Origin: Paracoccaceae bacterium
Lineage (GTDB): Bacteria > Pseudomonadota > Alphaproteobacteria > Rhodobacterales > Rhodobacteraceae
Assembly: GCA_028112705.1 (NCBI GenBank)
Contig: JAOGYN010000005.1
Coordinates: 15,527-79,526, forward strand
DNA length: 64,000 nt
Reading direction: 5' to 3'
Positions 35,869 through 45,564 of this stretch are shown piece after piece. Below the pieces are notes generated by a model that saw nothing but the letters and a program-made list of their open reading frames with translations, was not told the DNA's origin and made no database searches. Position numbers and translations under genes: made by a program. Numbering within the stretch: the stretch's first letter is position 1; every line of letters begins with the position of its first letter.

Positions 35869-37062
35869 TTACCTTTGCAAACAACCAAACAATTCAGAAA
35901 CTGAAGTAAACATTGGAGAATGACTAAAGGAGGACTTACTCAACTTAAAATTTGGAAAAGTTGATATCATATAAGTTATGACCTCTTCAATTTCAATTGT
36001 TACAGCAAAACGCCCTATGCAAGAGAAAATACCACCTCCGAAATTTAGATGCCCTGGTTTATCTGGTCTATAAATGTCGAAATTGCCTGGGTTTGGAAAA
36101 TAATTAGGGTTCCAGTGAGCTGCGCCAATATTAGGGAAAACCGCCTCTCCTTTTGGTATTAAGTATCCCTCCAGCTTCACGTCTTCTAGTGACTCTCTTG
36201 AGGTTGATAATGACCTCGGGTGATACCTCATAACCTCTCTCAAAGCTTGTGGAACAAGTTTGGGGTTCTGACTTAATAACTTCCAAAGCTCAGGGCGAGA
36301 TGCTAACTCAATCACAGCGATTGCTATTTGATGCGAAGAATTATCTGTATTTGCTTCAGCCAATTTAACTACCCAATTTCGCAATTCATCATTGCTAAGA
36401 TCGCCGTCATCTGTCGCCCTAATTAAATCAGAAAGTAAATTATCTCCTAGATTTTTTCGTGTCGCCTCAATTCGTTTGTCTACAAATTTTAAAAGATTTT
36501 CAAACCCAGCAGACACTTCTTGAGATTTTTTTGGATCTCGTGTGTGGACTTGTTGCACAATGTGCGATGTTTCAGAAACAAAATCGGCATCATCTAAGGG
36601 GGCATTGATCCAATAACAATAAACCCTTGATGGTATTTTATCACATAAATAACTTATTAAATCTACTTCAGAGCCTTCTGGTATTTCATCAAATGTTTGC
36701 TTCACTACATGTTTAATATCTATTCTAAACCTTTCAGATCCACTAGGGCCCATCAACTTAGTTAAAGGAATACGTAATCTTCGACGTGTTTCCCCTCTGT
36801 CATGAAAAGAAATAGAATTTTGCTTGTAACTTAGAGCTGGTCCTTCCTTAAGGCCTAAAACACGCATTAATTTTGGATGCCCTGTTCCAAACCTTCTGTC
36901 TAGTATAGCATCCCTACACAAATCATAATCAAGTATTTCTATACCTCTTTCACTTCGGGCAACCTTTATTTTACTTGCTAACTTAGCAAGTGTTTCCAGC
37001 GGCTGATTAAGGTATTCTTCTGAATTGAAGTCAATTTCAGGAAGATCATTCATCGTCAACAT
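35869..37062 (-). CDS. Cytochrome P450
   Basis: Heme-thiolate loop FGGGIFSCIGRF (FxxGxxxCxG) and K-helix EVMR (ExxR). 397 aa. Confidence 0.85.
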   Translation of the reverse strand: MLTMNDLPEIDFNSEEYLNQPLETLAKLASKIKVARSERGIEILDYDLCRDAILDRRFGTGHPKLMRVLGLKEGPALSYKQNSISFHDRGETRRRLRIPLTKLMGPSGSERFRIDIKHVVKQTFDEIPEGSEVDLISYLCDKIPSRVYCYWINAPLDDADFVSETSHIVQQVHTRDPKKSQEVSAGFENLLKFVDKRIEATRKNLGDNLLSDLIRATDDGDLSNDELRNWVVKLAEANTDNSSHQIAIAVIELASRPELWKLLSQNPKLVPQALREVMRYHPRSLSTSRESLEDVKLEGYLIPKGEAVFPNIGAAHWNPNYFPNPGNFDIYRPDKPGHLNFGGGIFSCIGRFAVTIEIEEVITYMISTFPNFKLSKSSFSHSPMFTSVSELFGCLQR

Positions 37063-37213
37063 TTTAGATAAATCCTCTAATTACACTCAAAAGAAAGTCG
37101 ATCATCAAGATACTAATAAAACTATCAAAATCGTCAACAAGAATGGTTACAAATAAAAATTAAAATATGGTTGATAATTACCATTTATTAACTTTAACTA
37201 AGGTTATGAATAT

Positions 37214-37239
37214 CGCCGTATTATAATATAAATACGCCG
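37214..37239 (+). promoter_or_regulatory. Two direct CGCCG repeats exactly 21 bp apart upstream of the GlxA/AraC regulator gene
   Basis: tatCGCCGtatt (37214) and ataCGCCGtggc (37235), 42-67 nt upstream of the ATG at 37281. TATAAT lies between them. The operator role is inferred. Confidence 0.35.
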
Positions 37240-37280
37240 TGGCCAGAATAATAATTCTTGTTTAAGTAGAAAATAATGTC

Positions 37281-38243
37281 ATGAATAGAAATATTAAAAT
37301 TGTTATAGTTCCAGGCTTTTCATATTTGTCACTTGGGTCAATGTTAGAACCTTTGCAGACCTTAAAAAACCTTTATCGTGATCTTGTCCTGGACATAGAG
37401 CTAATCTCTATTACAGATGATGCTATTCATTCAAAACCTGGTATTTCAATACGATGTGATACGTCGTTTCAGGATTGCCTTAAGGATTTAACAAAGACTT
37501 CAAAAACTACAGCAGTATTTTTATGTTGTGGGTTAAAAACACCTTTTGATATGCAAAGTTCTTTGAAAAAAGTATTACGTCTTTGTGATTTAAAAAATAT
37601 TCCAATATTTGGCGTTGGTGCTGCTGGTTGGAAAATGGCAGATGCAGGAATACTCGCAAATGGAACAGGGACTGTCCACTGGACAACATTGGCAGCATTT
37701 AGGGAAAGAAACCAAAATATAGATGTTAAAGATGCATTATTCATAACATCAGAGCGAGCTACAAGTAGCCCAGGTGAGGCAGCAACCCTAGACATGATGA
37801 TAGATTATATAAAGAGCGAATTTTCTTTAGAGTATGCAGAACGTGTTTGTGATCACTTAATGATTACCTACACAAGGAATGGAGATCTTGAGCAACCAAA
37901 AAGTACTGCACAACGCCTACGTGATGTCCCAAAGAGCCTGCAGAAAGTAATCGCTCTAATGGAGGATAATTTAGAGGAACCTCTAACTCTGAAGAAAATT
38001 TCTCATCAAGCTGGTTTATCCTTAAGACAAATTGAAAGGCTTTTTTCCTCACACTTATCTATATCACCTAAAAAATATTACCTTAAAAGAAGATTAATGC
38101 ATGCTAGACAATTAATCGAACAAACCTCTCTCTCAATTCTAGAAGTTTCAATAGTAAGTGGATTTTCAAGTCGACAAATATTTTCAAAATATTATAAATT
38201 GGAATATGGCTTTACTCCATCACAAACCCGCCAATCACCTTAG
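37281..38243 (+). CDS. GlxA-family transcriptional regulator (DJ-1/PfpI-like N-domain + AraC-type HTH)
   Basis: N-terminal IVIVPGFSYLSLGSMLEPL… (class-I amidotransferase-like fold). C-terminal AraC HTH pair (…LKKISHQAGLSLRQIERLF… and …ILEVSIVSGFSSRQIFSKYYKLEYGFTPSQTR). Confidence 0.8.
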   Translation: MNRNIKIVIVPGFSYLSLGSMLEPLQTLKNLYRDLVLDIELISITDDAIHSKPGISIRCDTSFQDCLKDLTKTSKTTAVFLCCGLKTPFDMQSSLKKVLRLCDLKNIPIFGVGAAGWKMADAGILANGTGTVHWTTLAAFRERNQNIDVKDALFITSERATSSPGEAATLDMMIDYIKSEFSLEYAERVCDHLMITYTRNGDLEQPKSTAQRLRDVPKSLQKVIALMEDNLEEPLTLKKISHQAGLSLRQIERLFSSHLSISPKKYYLKRRLMHARQLIEQTSLSILEVSIVSGFSSRQIFSKYYKLEYGFTPSQTRQSP

Positions 38244-38328
38244 TTTTGAAAAATGTATTTTGAATATCCAAACTTGATTAAATCAATTAACTGTGATCTC
38301 AGTATGATAACGAAAAGTAGGAATTAAT

Positions 38329-39282
38329 ATGTCATATGAAGTAAGAACTCCCATTACACAGGCAATGAGCGAAGGTGCCCTAACCCGCAGGGAGCTCAAG
38401 CAATTGATGACTAGATCAAATACCCCAGCTTTTATAAGATTAATTATTTGGGTCTGCCTTTTATCATTTTCCAGTTTTCTAATTTGGCTATCAATCAACT
38501 CATGGTGGTTAGTACCTTCAATGTTTTTACAAGGTGTTATCCTAGTACATCATTTCTCTCTGCAGCATGAGTGCTGTCATTACACAGCCTTCAAAACAAG
38601 AAAATTAAATGATATTTTTGGATACATTTGTGGTTTTTCTATAATGCTACCAAATCAACATTTCCGCTATGAGCATTGTGATCATCACACATATACCCAG
38701 CTTAAAGGTAAAGATCCTGAATTAATAGAATTACCAATCTCAGTACACAAGTATCTTTGGTATATTTCTGCATTCCCGTATTGGAAAAATAAATTTTCAG
38801 AAATTTTTCGTCACCTTAAGGGGCAATTTAGTGAAGAAGAGCTTCGCTTTATTCCAAAACAAGAAAAAAAGACAATACTTAGAGAAGCACGGATAATGGT
38901 TTTTTTATACATATTAATCTTAAGTATCTGTATTTTCTATAATATTTGGGCGCCACTTTGGTATTGGTGGCTACCAGTAATGCTAGGTGAACCGGTAATG
39001 AGAGCTATACGTTTAACAGAACACGTAGGCAGACCAAATACAGATGATTTAAAGGAAAACACTCGAAGTAGTCTCGTATCACTACCTATGCAATTTTTAT
39101 CATGGAACATGAACTATCATGCGGAACACCACTACGCCTCATCAATTCCTTTTCATGCACTTCCTAAATTACATAAGAAACTTAAAGGCTTCGTATATGT
39201 TGAAAAACGGGGGTATTTTGGCGCTCATGTTGATATAATATCACAATTAATTGGAAAAGCTCCTAGAAGCGATCGATTATAA
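38329..39282 (+). CDS. Membrane di-iron fatty-acid-desaturase/hydroxylase family protein
   Basis: Three His boxes (HECCH, HCDHH, HAEHH) separated by hydrophobic helices. Confidence 0.75.
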   Translation: MSYEVRTPITQAMSEGALTRRELKQLMTRSNTPAFIRLIIWVCLLSFSSFLIWLSINSWWLVPSMFLQGVILVHHFSLQHECCHYTAFKTRKLNDIFGYICGFSIMLPNQHFRYEHCDHHTYTQLKGKDPELIELPISVHKYLWYISAFPYWKNKFSEIFRHLKGQFSEEELRFIPKQEKKTILREARIMVFLYILILSICIFYNIWAPLWYWWLPVMLGEPVMRAIRLTEHVGRPNTDDLKENTRSSLVSLPMQFLSWNMNYHAEHHYASSIPFHALPKLHKKLKGFVYVEKRGYFGAHVDIISQLIGKAPRSDRL

Positions 39283-39287
39283 AATAT

Positions 39288-39602
39288 ATGAAAATTCGTG
39301 AATGGAAAAACTTAATCAAGCTTAATAAAATAGAAAAAGGTGACGTTACAAATGCAACATTAGGCACCAGAGATTTGGCTGTTTATGATGCAAAAGCTGG
39401 TATATTTGTTAGTATGTCAAGATGTACACACGGTGCTGCGAATTTATGTGATGGTTATTTTGATGGGACATATATAGAATGCCCTCTCCATCAAGGTCTA
39501 TTTGATGTCAGAACAGGCGAAGCCAAGGCAGTTCCAGCAAGAGTAGCCCTCAAAATGATAAAAAGTAGGGTCAAGGATGGAATGATTCAAATTTATATTT
39601 AA
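39288..39602 (+). CDS. Rieske-type [2Fe-2S] ferredoxin
   Basis: CTHG…(16)…CPLH ligand pattern. 104 aa. Starts 5 nt after the desaturase-like gene. Confidence 0.75.
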   Translation: MKIREWKNLIKLNKIEKGDVTNATLGTRDLAVYDAKAGIFVSMSRCTHGAANLCDGYFDGTYIECPLHQGLFDVRTGEAKAVPARVALKMIKSRVKDGMIQIYI

Positions 39603-40981
39603 AGCGCCTTAGTATTTAACCAAAGCCCTCCAATTTCTATTCTACCAACCCGGTAAGCAATTATTAAAGATAAAACTCCCCCTAGAATAACACTTACCGA
39701 TGCTCCTAACCAGACACCCAAAATACCAAAATTATAAACACTAATAAAAACCCAAATAAAGAAAGCAATTCCAAACCCTTGCCGAAAGAGGCCCACAAAA
39801 AAAACTCCATATGGGCGTTTCACAGCTTGCAAAAAAGAGTTTATCGAAAAAATTAAAGCGTAAACTGGTAAAATTAGGCCATCTATTCTTAAATAAATTA
39901 CTCCTATATTTATTACATCCTCATTCTTTGTGAATAAACTAATAACACTTTCACCAAATACCCAAATAATTGGATAGGATATAACCATAGATCCAATAGC
40001 TACTTTCAAACAGAGATTAAATGATTGACGAACTCGATCATATTTATTTGCTCCAAAATTTTGGGCCGCCAGCGGTAATAGAGCATGTGTCATTCCAAGA
40101 ACGGGTAACAGAATTAATTGTTCCAAGCGCATTGCAACACTGTGGCCTGCAATTGCTTGAGATCCAAAATCTTTGAGTGCATATTGCATTACCAAAACAC
40201 CAATTATTATCATTTGAAACGACAAACTTGGAGGTAACATTTGGATAAATATTTCCTTTAATACTTTATAATTAATTCTTAAAATCTCAAAAGAAAAATT
40301 TATTTTAATGCTAGCGTTTACCAGTTTATAAAGCATAAATATCATAACAAAATATTGACTAAAAATTGTAGATAATGCAATTCCATCAAAGCCTAGTCCA
40401 GACCAAAACCCTGGAATACCAAATATCAGCAAGGGGTTTAAAAAAAGATTTAATAAAAAAGCGATTATTAATGCACGTTGCATTGAAACAGCATCTCCCT
40501 GAGCTTGGAGAATGCCATTGCAGGTATATGCAATTAAAAATGCCGGAAGAGCAATCAATAAGAGAAAATAGTAACGCAATCCAAAATCTTGATAAGCACC
40601 TGATTCAGATATTAAACCTAAAGTAAAAGGGCCCAATACTAACCCAAAAATTATCAACGTTATTGAAATAAATAAGGCGAATAGAATCCCAATAATAGTT
40701 AATTCTTCTAATGTTTTATTATCTTTTCTACCAATGGCATTTCCTACCAAGCTGGCCATTGCACCATTCAATCCAAATCCAAAAGAGACTAAAAAGAAAA
40801 AAGTAAGATACCCAATTGCCATTCCTGCCTGTGATTCTGTTGACAATCTACCTGCAAAATAAATATCAACAATGTTGTATAATGTATGAAAAAGCATGCC
40901 AGTTGCAGCAGGAATAGCTAATCTTCGTAAATGATTGGATACGGAACCCGTGGTTAAGTCAGTATTATTCTCATTTGACAT
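39599..40981 (-). CDS. MATE-family efflux transporter
   Basis: 460 aa with 12 TM helices. The N-terminal …RLAIPAATGMLFHTLYNIVDIYFAGRLS… pattern is typical of MATE/NorM. Confidence 0.8.
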   Translation of the reverse strand: MSNENNTDLTTGSVSNHLRRLAIPAATGMLFHTLYNIVDIYFAGRLSTESQAGMAIGYLTFFFLVSFGFGLNGAMASLVGNAIGRKDNKTLEELTIIGILFALFISITLIIFGLVLGPFTLGLISESGAYQDFGLRYYFLLLIALPAFLIAYTCNGILQAQGDAVSMQRALIIAFLLNLFLNPLLIFGIPGFWSGLGFDGIALSTIFSQYFVMIFMLYKLVNASIKINFSFEILRINYKVLKEIFIQMLPPSLSFQMIIIGVLVMQYALKDFGSQAIAGHSVAMRLEQLILLPVLGMTHALLPLAAQNFGANKYDRVRQSFNLCLKVAIGSMVISYPIIWVFGESVISLFTKNEDVINIGVIYLRIDGLILPVYALIFSINSFLQAVKRPYGVFFVGLFRQGFGIAFFIWVFISVYNFGILGVWLGASVSVILGGVLSLIIAYRVGRIEIGGLWLNTKAL

Positions 40982-40992
40982 TGAGCTTTCAC

Positions 40993-42024
40993 TTATTTTT
41001 TCAAAGCTTCATCTGCCTGAATTTCACGATTAAGCATTCGTCTGAATTGCTTAGCTCCTGCATCTAGACCAAGATCAATATTGGGGGTTACAGGGTCTTT
41101 CATTCCAGCATGCACATATTCCAAAACGCTTCTATCCTCTTCAAACGCCATTAAAGCACCCGCATTCATTTTGTCAGAAATTGCCTTATCATCTGGATCA
41201 GTGTTTCGATGCTGGAACCAAAAATACCTTGTGTTATCTTCATCAATTGGTGTCATGAAATTGTAGGAAATATTTATATATGTTAATTCAACGTTTGGCT
41301 TACCAACTCCCCCAGTGCCTTCCGGAGTATAAATTGATTTATTTAAAGCAATTGCTGGCATACACATCTCGTAATGCTGCAAGCGGTCACAATTACCCTC
41401 AAACTTAACAAGATCTGCATAATAAGGTGAAGGAGCATTTCCATTTATCCAACGAGAAACCACTACACCTCTTTCGGTTTTCTGTACCTCAAGAGGTTCA
41501 TCATCAGTCCCAGCTCCTGCGAAAGAAGATACATGAACCCAAGCTACGTGGCTTGGATCTAGTAAATTATCACAAACCCAAAGATAATTACATTTTATAT
41601 CCAGCACACCACCGTCAGTATAGCCCCAAGTTGGGTTTTCAAAATTTTCTATTGGAAATATCAAATCTGTATCTGCCAACTCAGGATCTCCCATCCAAAT
41701 CCATAGCAATCTATACCGATCAACAATTGGATATGATTTGACAACTGCTCTTCTGGGAATTTGATCTGGTTGGGTTGGCGCGTCTGCACACACTCCTTTG
41801 GGGTTGAAAGTTAAGCCGTGGTAAGCACAGATAATATTGTCACCACTAAGAGTTCCTTCAGAAAGAGGCATTTTTCTATGAGGGCATGCGTTTTCTAGTG
41901 CTGCTGGACTTCCATCTTCACGACGATAAACAACAATTTTCTCACCTAAAAATTTTTCAGGTTTAAGGTTCCTATCATAATCTTTACTCCATCCAGCCAC
42001 ATACCAGCAATTCTTCAAATACAT
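40993..42024 (-). CDS. Rieske non-heme-iron oxygenase, VanA/DdmC-type (monooxygenase/demethylase alpha subunit)
   Basis: Rieske CPHR…(17)…CAYHG, and mononuclear-iron motif DPSHVAWVH (Dx2Hx4H). 343 aa, the single-subunit class IA size. Confidence 0.8.
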   Translation of the reverse strand: MYLKNCWYVAGWSKDYDRNLKPEKFLGEKIVVYRREDGSPAALENACPHRKMPLSEGTLSGDNIICAYHGLTFNPKGVCADAPTQPDQIPRRAVVKSYPIVDRYRLLWIWMGDPELADTDLIFPIENFENPTWGYTDGGVLDIKCNYLWVCDNLLDPSHVAWVHVSSFAGAGTDDEPLEVQKTERGVVVSRWINGNAPSPYYADLVKFEGNCDRLQHYEMCMPAIALNKSIYTPEGTGGVGKPNVELTYINISYNFMTPIDEDNTRYFWFQHRNTDPDDKAISDKMNAGALMAFEEDRSVLEYVHAGMKDPVTPNIDLGLDAGAKQFRRMLNREIQADEALKK

Positions 42025-42055
42025 TTTGCATCCTACAATTATAAAACCGAACTAT

Positions 42056-42946
42056 TTAGTTCTCTTTGTTATTCTCTAACCTTCTAAACAAGACCGATAA
42101 CCCATAGCAAATTATAAAATAAAATGCTGCAGTGGTTAACCAAGCTTCAAACACCAGTCGTGTGGATGAAACCAACGCCTGCGTCTTATAAGTAAGTTCC
42201 TGTACAGATATCAATGAAATTATTGAACTATCTTTTATTAAGGTAATAAATTGATTAGCCATTGGAGGCATTATTTTTCTCATCGCTTGAGGTAAAACTA
42301 TATACCTTAACTCCTGAAAACTTCCCATCCCAATAGATCTTGCAGCTTCTCGTTGGCCTCGATCCACAGATTCAATTCCTGCACGAACAATCTCCCCAAC
42401 AAATGCGCTCTCGAAAAGAGCTAAAACAATAATACCTGAAATTAAAGATGGGAACCGGCGCATATCACCAAAGATAAACTCCCAAAACTGATTATTTTCT
42501 TGTTTTGCTATCTTGTAAGACCACGCCTCAATATTTAGGGCCTGAATAAACTGTTCTGCTAGAAAAAAATAAAATATAAAGATTATTACCAAAGGAGGAA
42601 TATTTCTGAGAATTTCTAAATATGTTCGAGCTAACATTCTTATCGCAAGGTTTTTTGAGCAACGTGCTATACCAAGAAAAACTCCTAATATAATTGCTAA
42701 AATACTGGCAACAATGCATATCCGGATCGTATTAAATAGACCAATCAGAAGTAGATTAATAATCCACTTCTCCTTACCAGTGTGATATTTTACTATATAG
42801 TTAGGTATCTTTTCCCAACGCCAATGGTATTTAAGATTTCCACCCATTTGCAAAAACACATAGGCAAAAAAACCCAACACCACAGCCAATATGACAATGT
42901 CTAGCCAATGTAATCTTAAAAAAAATTTTTTCACGTTTTCTTCCAA
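42056..42946 (-). CDS. Polar amino-acid-type ABC transporter permease
   Basis: Multi-TM. EAA-like loop GIESVDRGQREAARSIGMGSFQELRYIVLPQA. Confidence 0.8.
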   Translation of the reverse strand: MEENVKKFFLRLHWLDIVILAVVLGFFAYVFLQMGGNLKYHWRWEKIPNYIVKYHTGKEKWIINLLLIGLFNTIRICIVASILAIILGVFLGIARCSKNLAIRMLARTYLEILRNIPPLVIIFIFYFFLAEQFIQALNIEAWSYKIAKQENNQFWEFIFGDMRRFPSLISGIIVLALFESAFVGEIVRAGIESVDRGQREAARSIGMGSFQELRYIVLPQAMRKIMPPMANQFITLIKDSSIISLISVQELTYKTQALVSSTRLVFEAWLTTAAFYFIICYGLSVLFRRLENNKEN

Positions 42947-42985
42947 TTAAATTGTAGAGGGATTACTCCCTCTACAATTGATCTT

Positions 42986-43819
42986 CTATTGATCGACTTG
43001 ATCAGCCCAGTCATTTCCTCTGAACCAATAATCATGAGTCTCTTTTAGCCAGCCGTTATTATGATGTCTTCGAATCCAACTATTGAAGTAAAACATCGCA
43101 TCTGGATCAGATTTCCTCATTCCAAAACCCTCACCACCAGCATCAAATGCCATATCAAAAGGAACACTTAAAGTTTCAGGATGTCTACGTGCATCACGTG
43201 AAGGACCAGGCTCTGAAGCCATAGTAGCGTGAGCATTCCCGTTTAACACTTCCTGAACATTTACACCTTCGTCTTCAAATTTAAGCAAATTTGCTTTTGG
43301 AAATTTAGTAGCTATGTACGTGCATGGTGTGGAACCTCTACGACATGAGAAAGTTATATCTTCACTATTATAATCCTCTAGAGACATTCCTTCAGTCATT
43401 GATGTATTTGCAAGAATTGTTAAGCCAGAGAACGCATACGGTACAGAAAAGTTAACAGTTAAGTTTCTAGCAGGTGTTACAGTCATACCACTAATAATAA
43501 CGTCCATCTTTCCTGCAACTAACGCAGGAATAATACCAGCCCACTTTGTTGGGATGAATTCAACTTCAACTCCCATATCAGCAGCAAGTTTTCTACCAAC
43601 TTCAGGCTCAAAACCAATAATTTCACCATTAGTGTCTCTCATTGACCAAGGTACAAAAAAATCCAAACCAATTTTAATTACGCCCCGTTTTTTGATGGTT
43701 TCAATTACACTTTCAGAGCCTAACGTTTGACTAGTCGAGGCGGCAAAAGTTGGTTGGGATACTCCAACAGCCATTACAGCAGCCAGAGCTAAACCCATTA
43801 TTCTTTTAGTTATCTTCAT
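42986..43819 (-). CDS. Family-3 (polar amino acid) ABC substrate-binding protein
   Basis: Signal peptide …GVSQPTFA. 277 aa. GVIKIGLD…GFEPEVGRKLA…W…IPALVAGKMDVIISGMT pattern. Confidence 0.8.
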   Translation of the reverse strand: MKITKRIMGLALAAVMAVGVSQPTFAASTSQTLGSESVIETIKKRGVIKIGLDFFVPWSMRDTNGEIIGFEPEVGRKLAADMGVEVEFIPTKWAGIIPALVAGKMDVIISGMTVTPARNLTVNFSVPYAFSGLTILANTSMTEGMSLEDYNSEDITFSCRRGSTPCTYIATKFPKANLLKFEDEGVNVQEVLNGNAHATMASEPGPSRDARRHPETLSVPFDMAFDAGGEGFGMRKSDPDAMFYFNSWIRRHHNNGWLKETHDYWFRGNDWADQVDQ

Positions 43820-43868
43820 TTTAGTTCTCCTTTTTTCTAATTTAAATTCACAGCATTCTTTGAGCTGC

Positions 43869-44711
43869 TTAGGTTACTACGGCGTATCTCTTTTCTATAT
43901 AAGAAACACCGATTGAAAGGATCACTGTCACAACAAAGTACAATGCCGCGATTGTGAACCAAATCTCAAAACTCAAATATGTATCAGAAATAATATTTTG
44001 TCCGACAGTCGTAAGTTCAGCCACAGCGATAACGCTAACAATAGCAGAACTTTTTACCATATGAACAACCTCACCAGTCATTGGGGGTAACATAAACCGG
44101 ATCGATTGAGGTAAAATAATATATCGATAAGTCTGACTAGTGGTCATTCCAATCGACTTGGCCCCTTCCCATTGACCTTTTGCAACAGCATTAACTCCAG
44201 CTCTAATAATTTCTGAAATCAAGGCTGAGTGATAGACAGCTAAAACCAATATGCTTGCTGTGTATCTATCAAACTTAAATATAGGACCCAGTACATAATA
44301 AAACAAATAAACCAATACCAACAATGGAATGTTTCTCACAAACTCTAAAAAACCAATAGCAACTGCACTACCTATTAATAAACCAGATAAACGCAACAAG
44401 GCTACCAATAAACCCAGTAAAAAAGCCAGTAAAAAAGACACCACCGATATATTAATCGTGTGACCTAATCCGAACATTAATTCTCCAAATTGAAAACCAT
44501 CGTCGGTAAACGCATATAAATACTTTGGAAGCTGATACCATTGCCAATTATAACCCATTGATTGGGCACCAGTATATGCTGAATACATAATTAAGCCCAC
44601 TATCAGCAGGTAAATTAAAACTGACACAGGGGTTGATGCAAAAAATAAAGTAAGCGCTGGTCGGCTTTTTACCGCAATTCCCTTATAACTTTCAATCTCA
44701 GCAGAACTCAT
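43869..44711 (-). CDS. Polar amino-acid-type ABC transporter permease
   Basis: Multi-TM. EAA-like loop GVNAVAKGQWEGAKSIGMTTSQTYRYIILPQS. Confidence 0.8.
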   Translation of the reverse strand: MSSAEIESYKGIAVKSRPALTLFFASTPVSVLIYLLIVGLIMYSAYTGAQSMGYNWQWYQLPKYLYAFTDDGFQFGELMFGLGHTINISVVSFLLAFLLGLLVALLRLSGLLIGSAVAIGFLEFVRNIPLLVLVYLFYYVLGPIFKFDRYTASILVLAVYHSALISEIIRAGVNAVAKGQWEGAKSIGMTTSQTYRYIILPQSIRFMLPPMTGEVVHMVKSSAIVSVIAVAELTTVGQNIISDTYLSFEIWFTIAALYFVVTVILSIGVSYIEKRYAVVT

Positions 44712-44715
44712 CTAG

Positions 44716-45462
44716 TTAATGCTCCAAAATTTGCTCAAGAAATTCTTTGCAACGTTGACTTTCAGGATTAGAGAAAAATTTATCAGGAGCAGCTACTTCA
44801 ATTATTTTTCCTTCATCCATAAACACCATAGTATCTGCTACTTTTCTTGCAAATCCCATCTCATGAGTAACACAGACCATTGTCATTCCGGTATCAGCCA
44901 ATTCAACCATCACATCTAACACTTCATTAATCATTTCAGGGTCTAGAGCTGAAGTTGGTTCATCGAATAGCATTATGCGGCTTTCCATACATAAGGATCT
45001 TGCAATAGCTACACGTTGTTGTTGACCACCAGATAACTCGGCCGGCAACTTATCTGCTTGCTCCGGAATATGAACTCTATCTAAATATTTTCTGGCTATG
45101 ACTTCAGCTTCTTGCTTTGCAATTTTTCTTACTTTAATCGGGCCAATCGTCAAATTTTCTAAAACTGTTAAATGTGGAAAAAGATTAAATTGTTGAAAAA
45201 CCATACCGATATTTTGTCGTAACTTAATAATTTCTTTTGATCCTTCAAAGACCTCCACTCCATCCACTACAAGCTTACCCGTGCTATGGTTCTCCAAGCC
45301 ATTGATACAACGAATCAAAGTAGATTTACCCGAACCAGATGGGCCACATATAACCATTCTCTCACTTGGTTTAACTTCAATACTAATATCGTTCAATGCT
45401 TGGAATGTTCCATAAAACTTATCAACGTTCTGAAATTTGATAATTGGCTGTTCCTGAGACAT
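44716..45462 (-). CDS. Polar amino-acid-type ABC transporter ATP-binding protein
   Basis: GPSGSGKST, LSGGQQQRVAIARSL, MLFDEPTSALD and VTHEM motifs. 248 aa. Confidence 0.85.
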   Translation of the reverse strand: MSQEQPIIKFQNVDKFYGTFQALNDISIEVKPSERMVICGPSGSGKSTLIRCINGLENHSTGKLVVDGVEVFEGSKEIIKLRQNIGMVFQQFNLFPHLTVLENLTIGPIKVRKIAKQEAEVIARKYLDRVHIPEQADKLPAELSGGQQQRVAIARSLCMESRIMLFDEPTSALDPEMINEVLDVMVELADTGMTMVCVTHEMGFARKVADTMVFMDEGKIIEVAAPDKFFSNPESQRCKEFLEQILEH

Positions 45463-45564
45463 GTAACTAAATTCCTAAAGTTTATCTTTTATTAATATGT
45501 TGAAATCTAGTATTTAAAATTTAAAATTACAAACATTAATAATTCAAATAAATTTAAATTCCCC

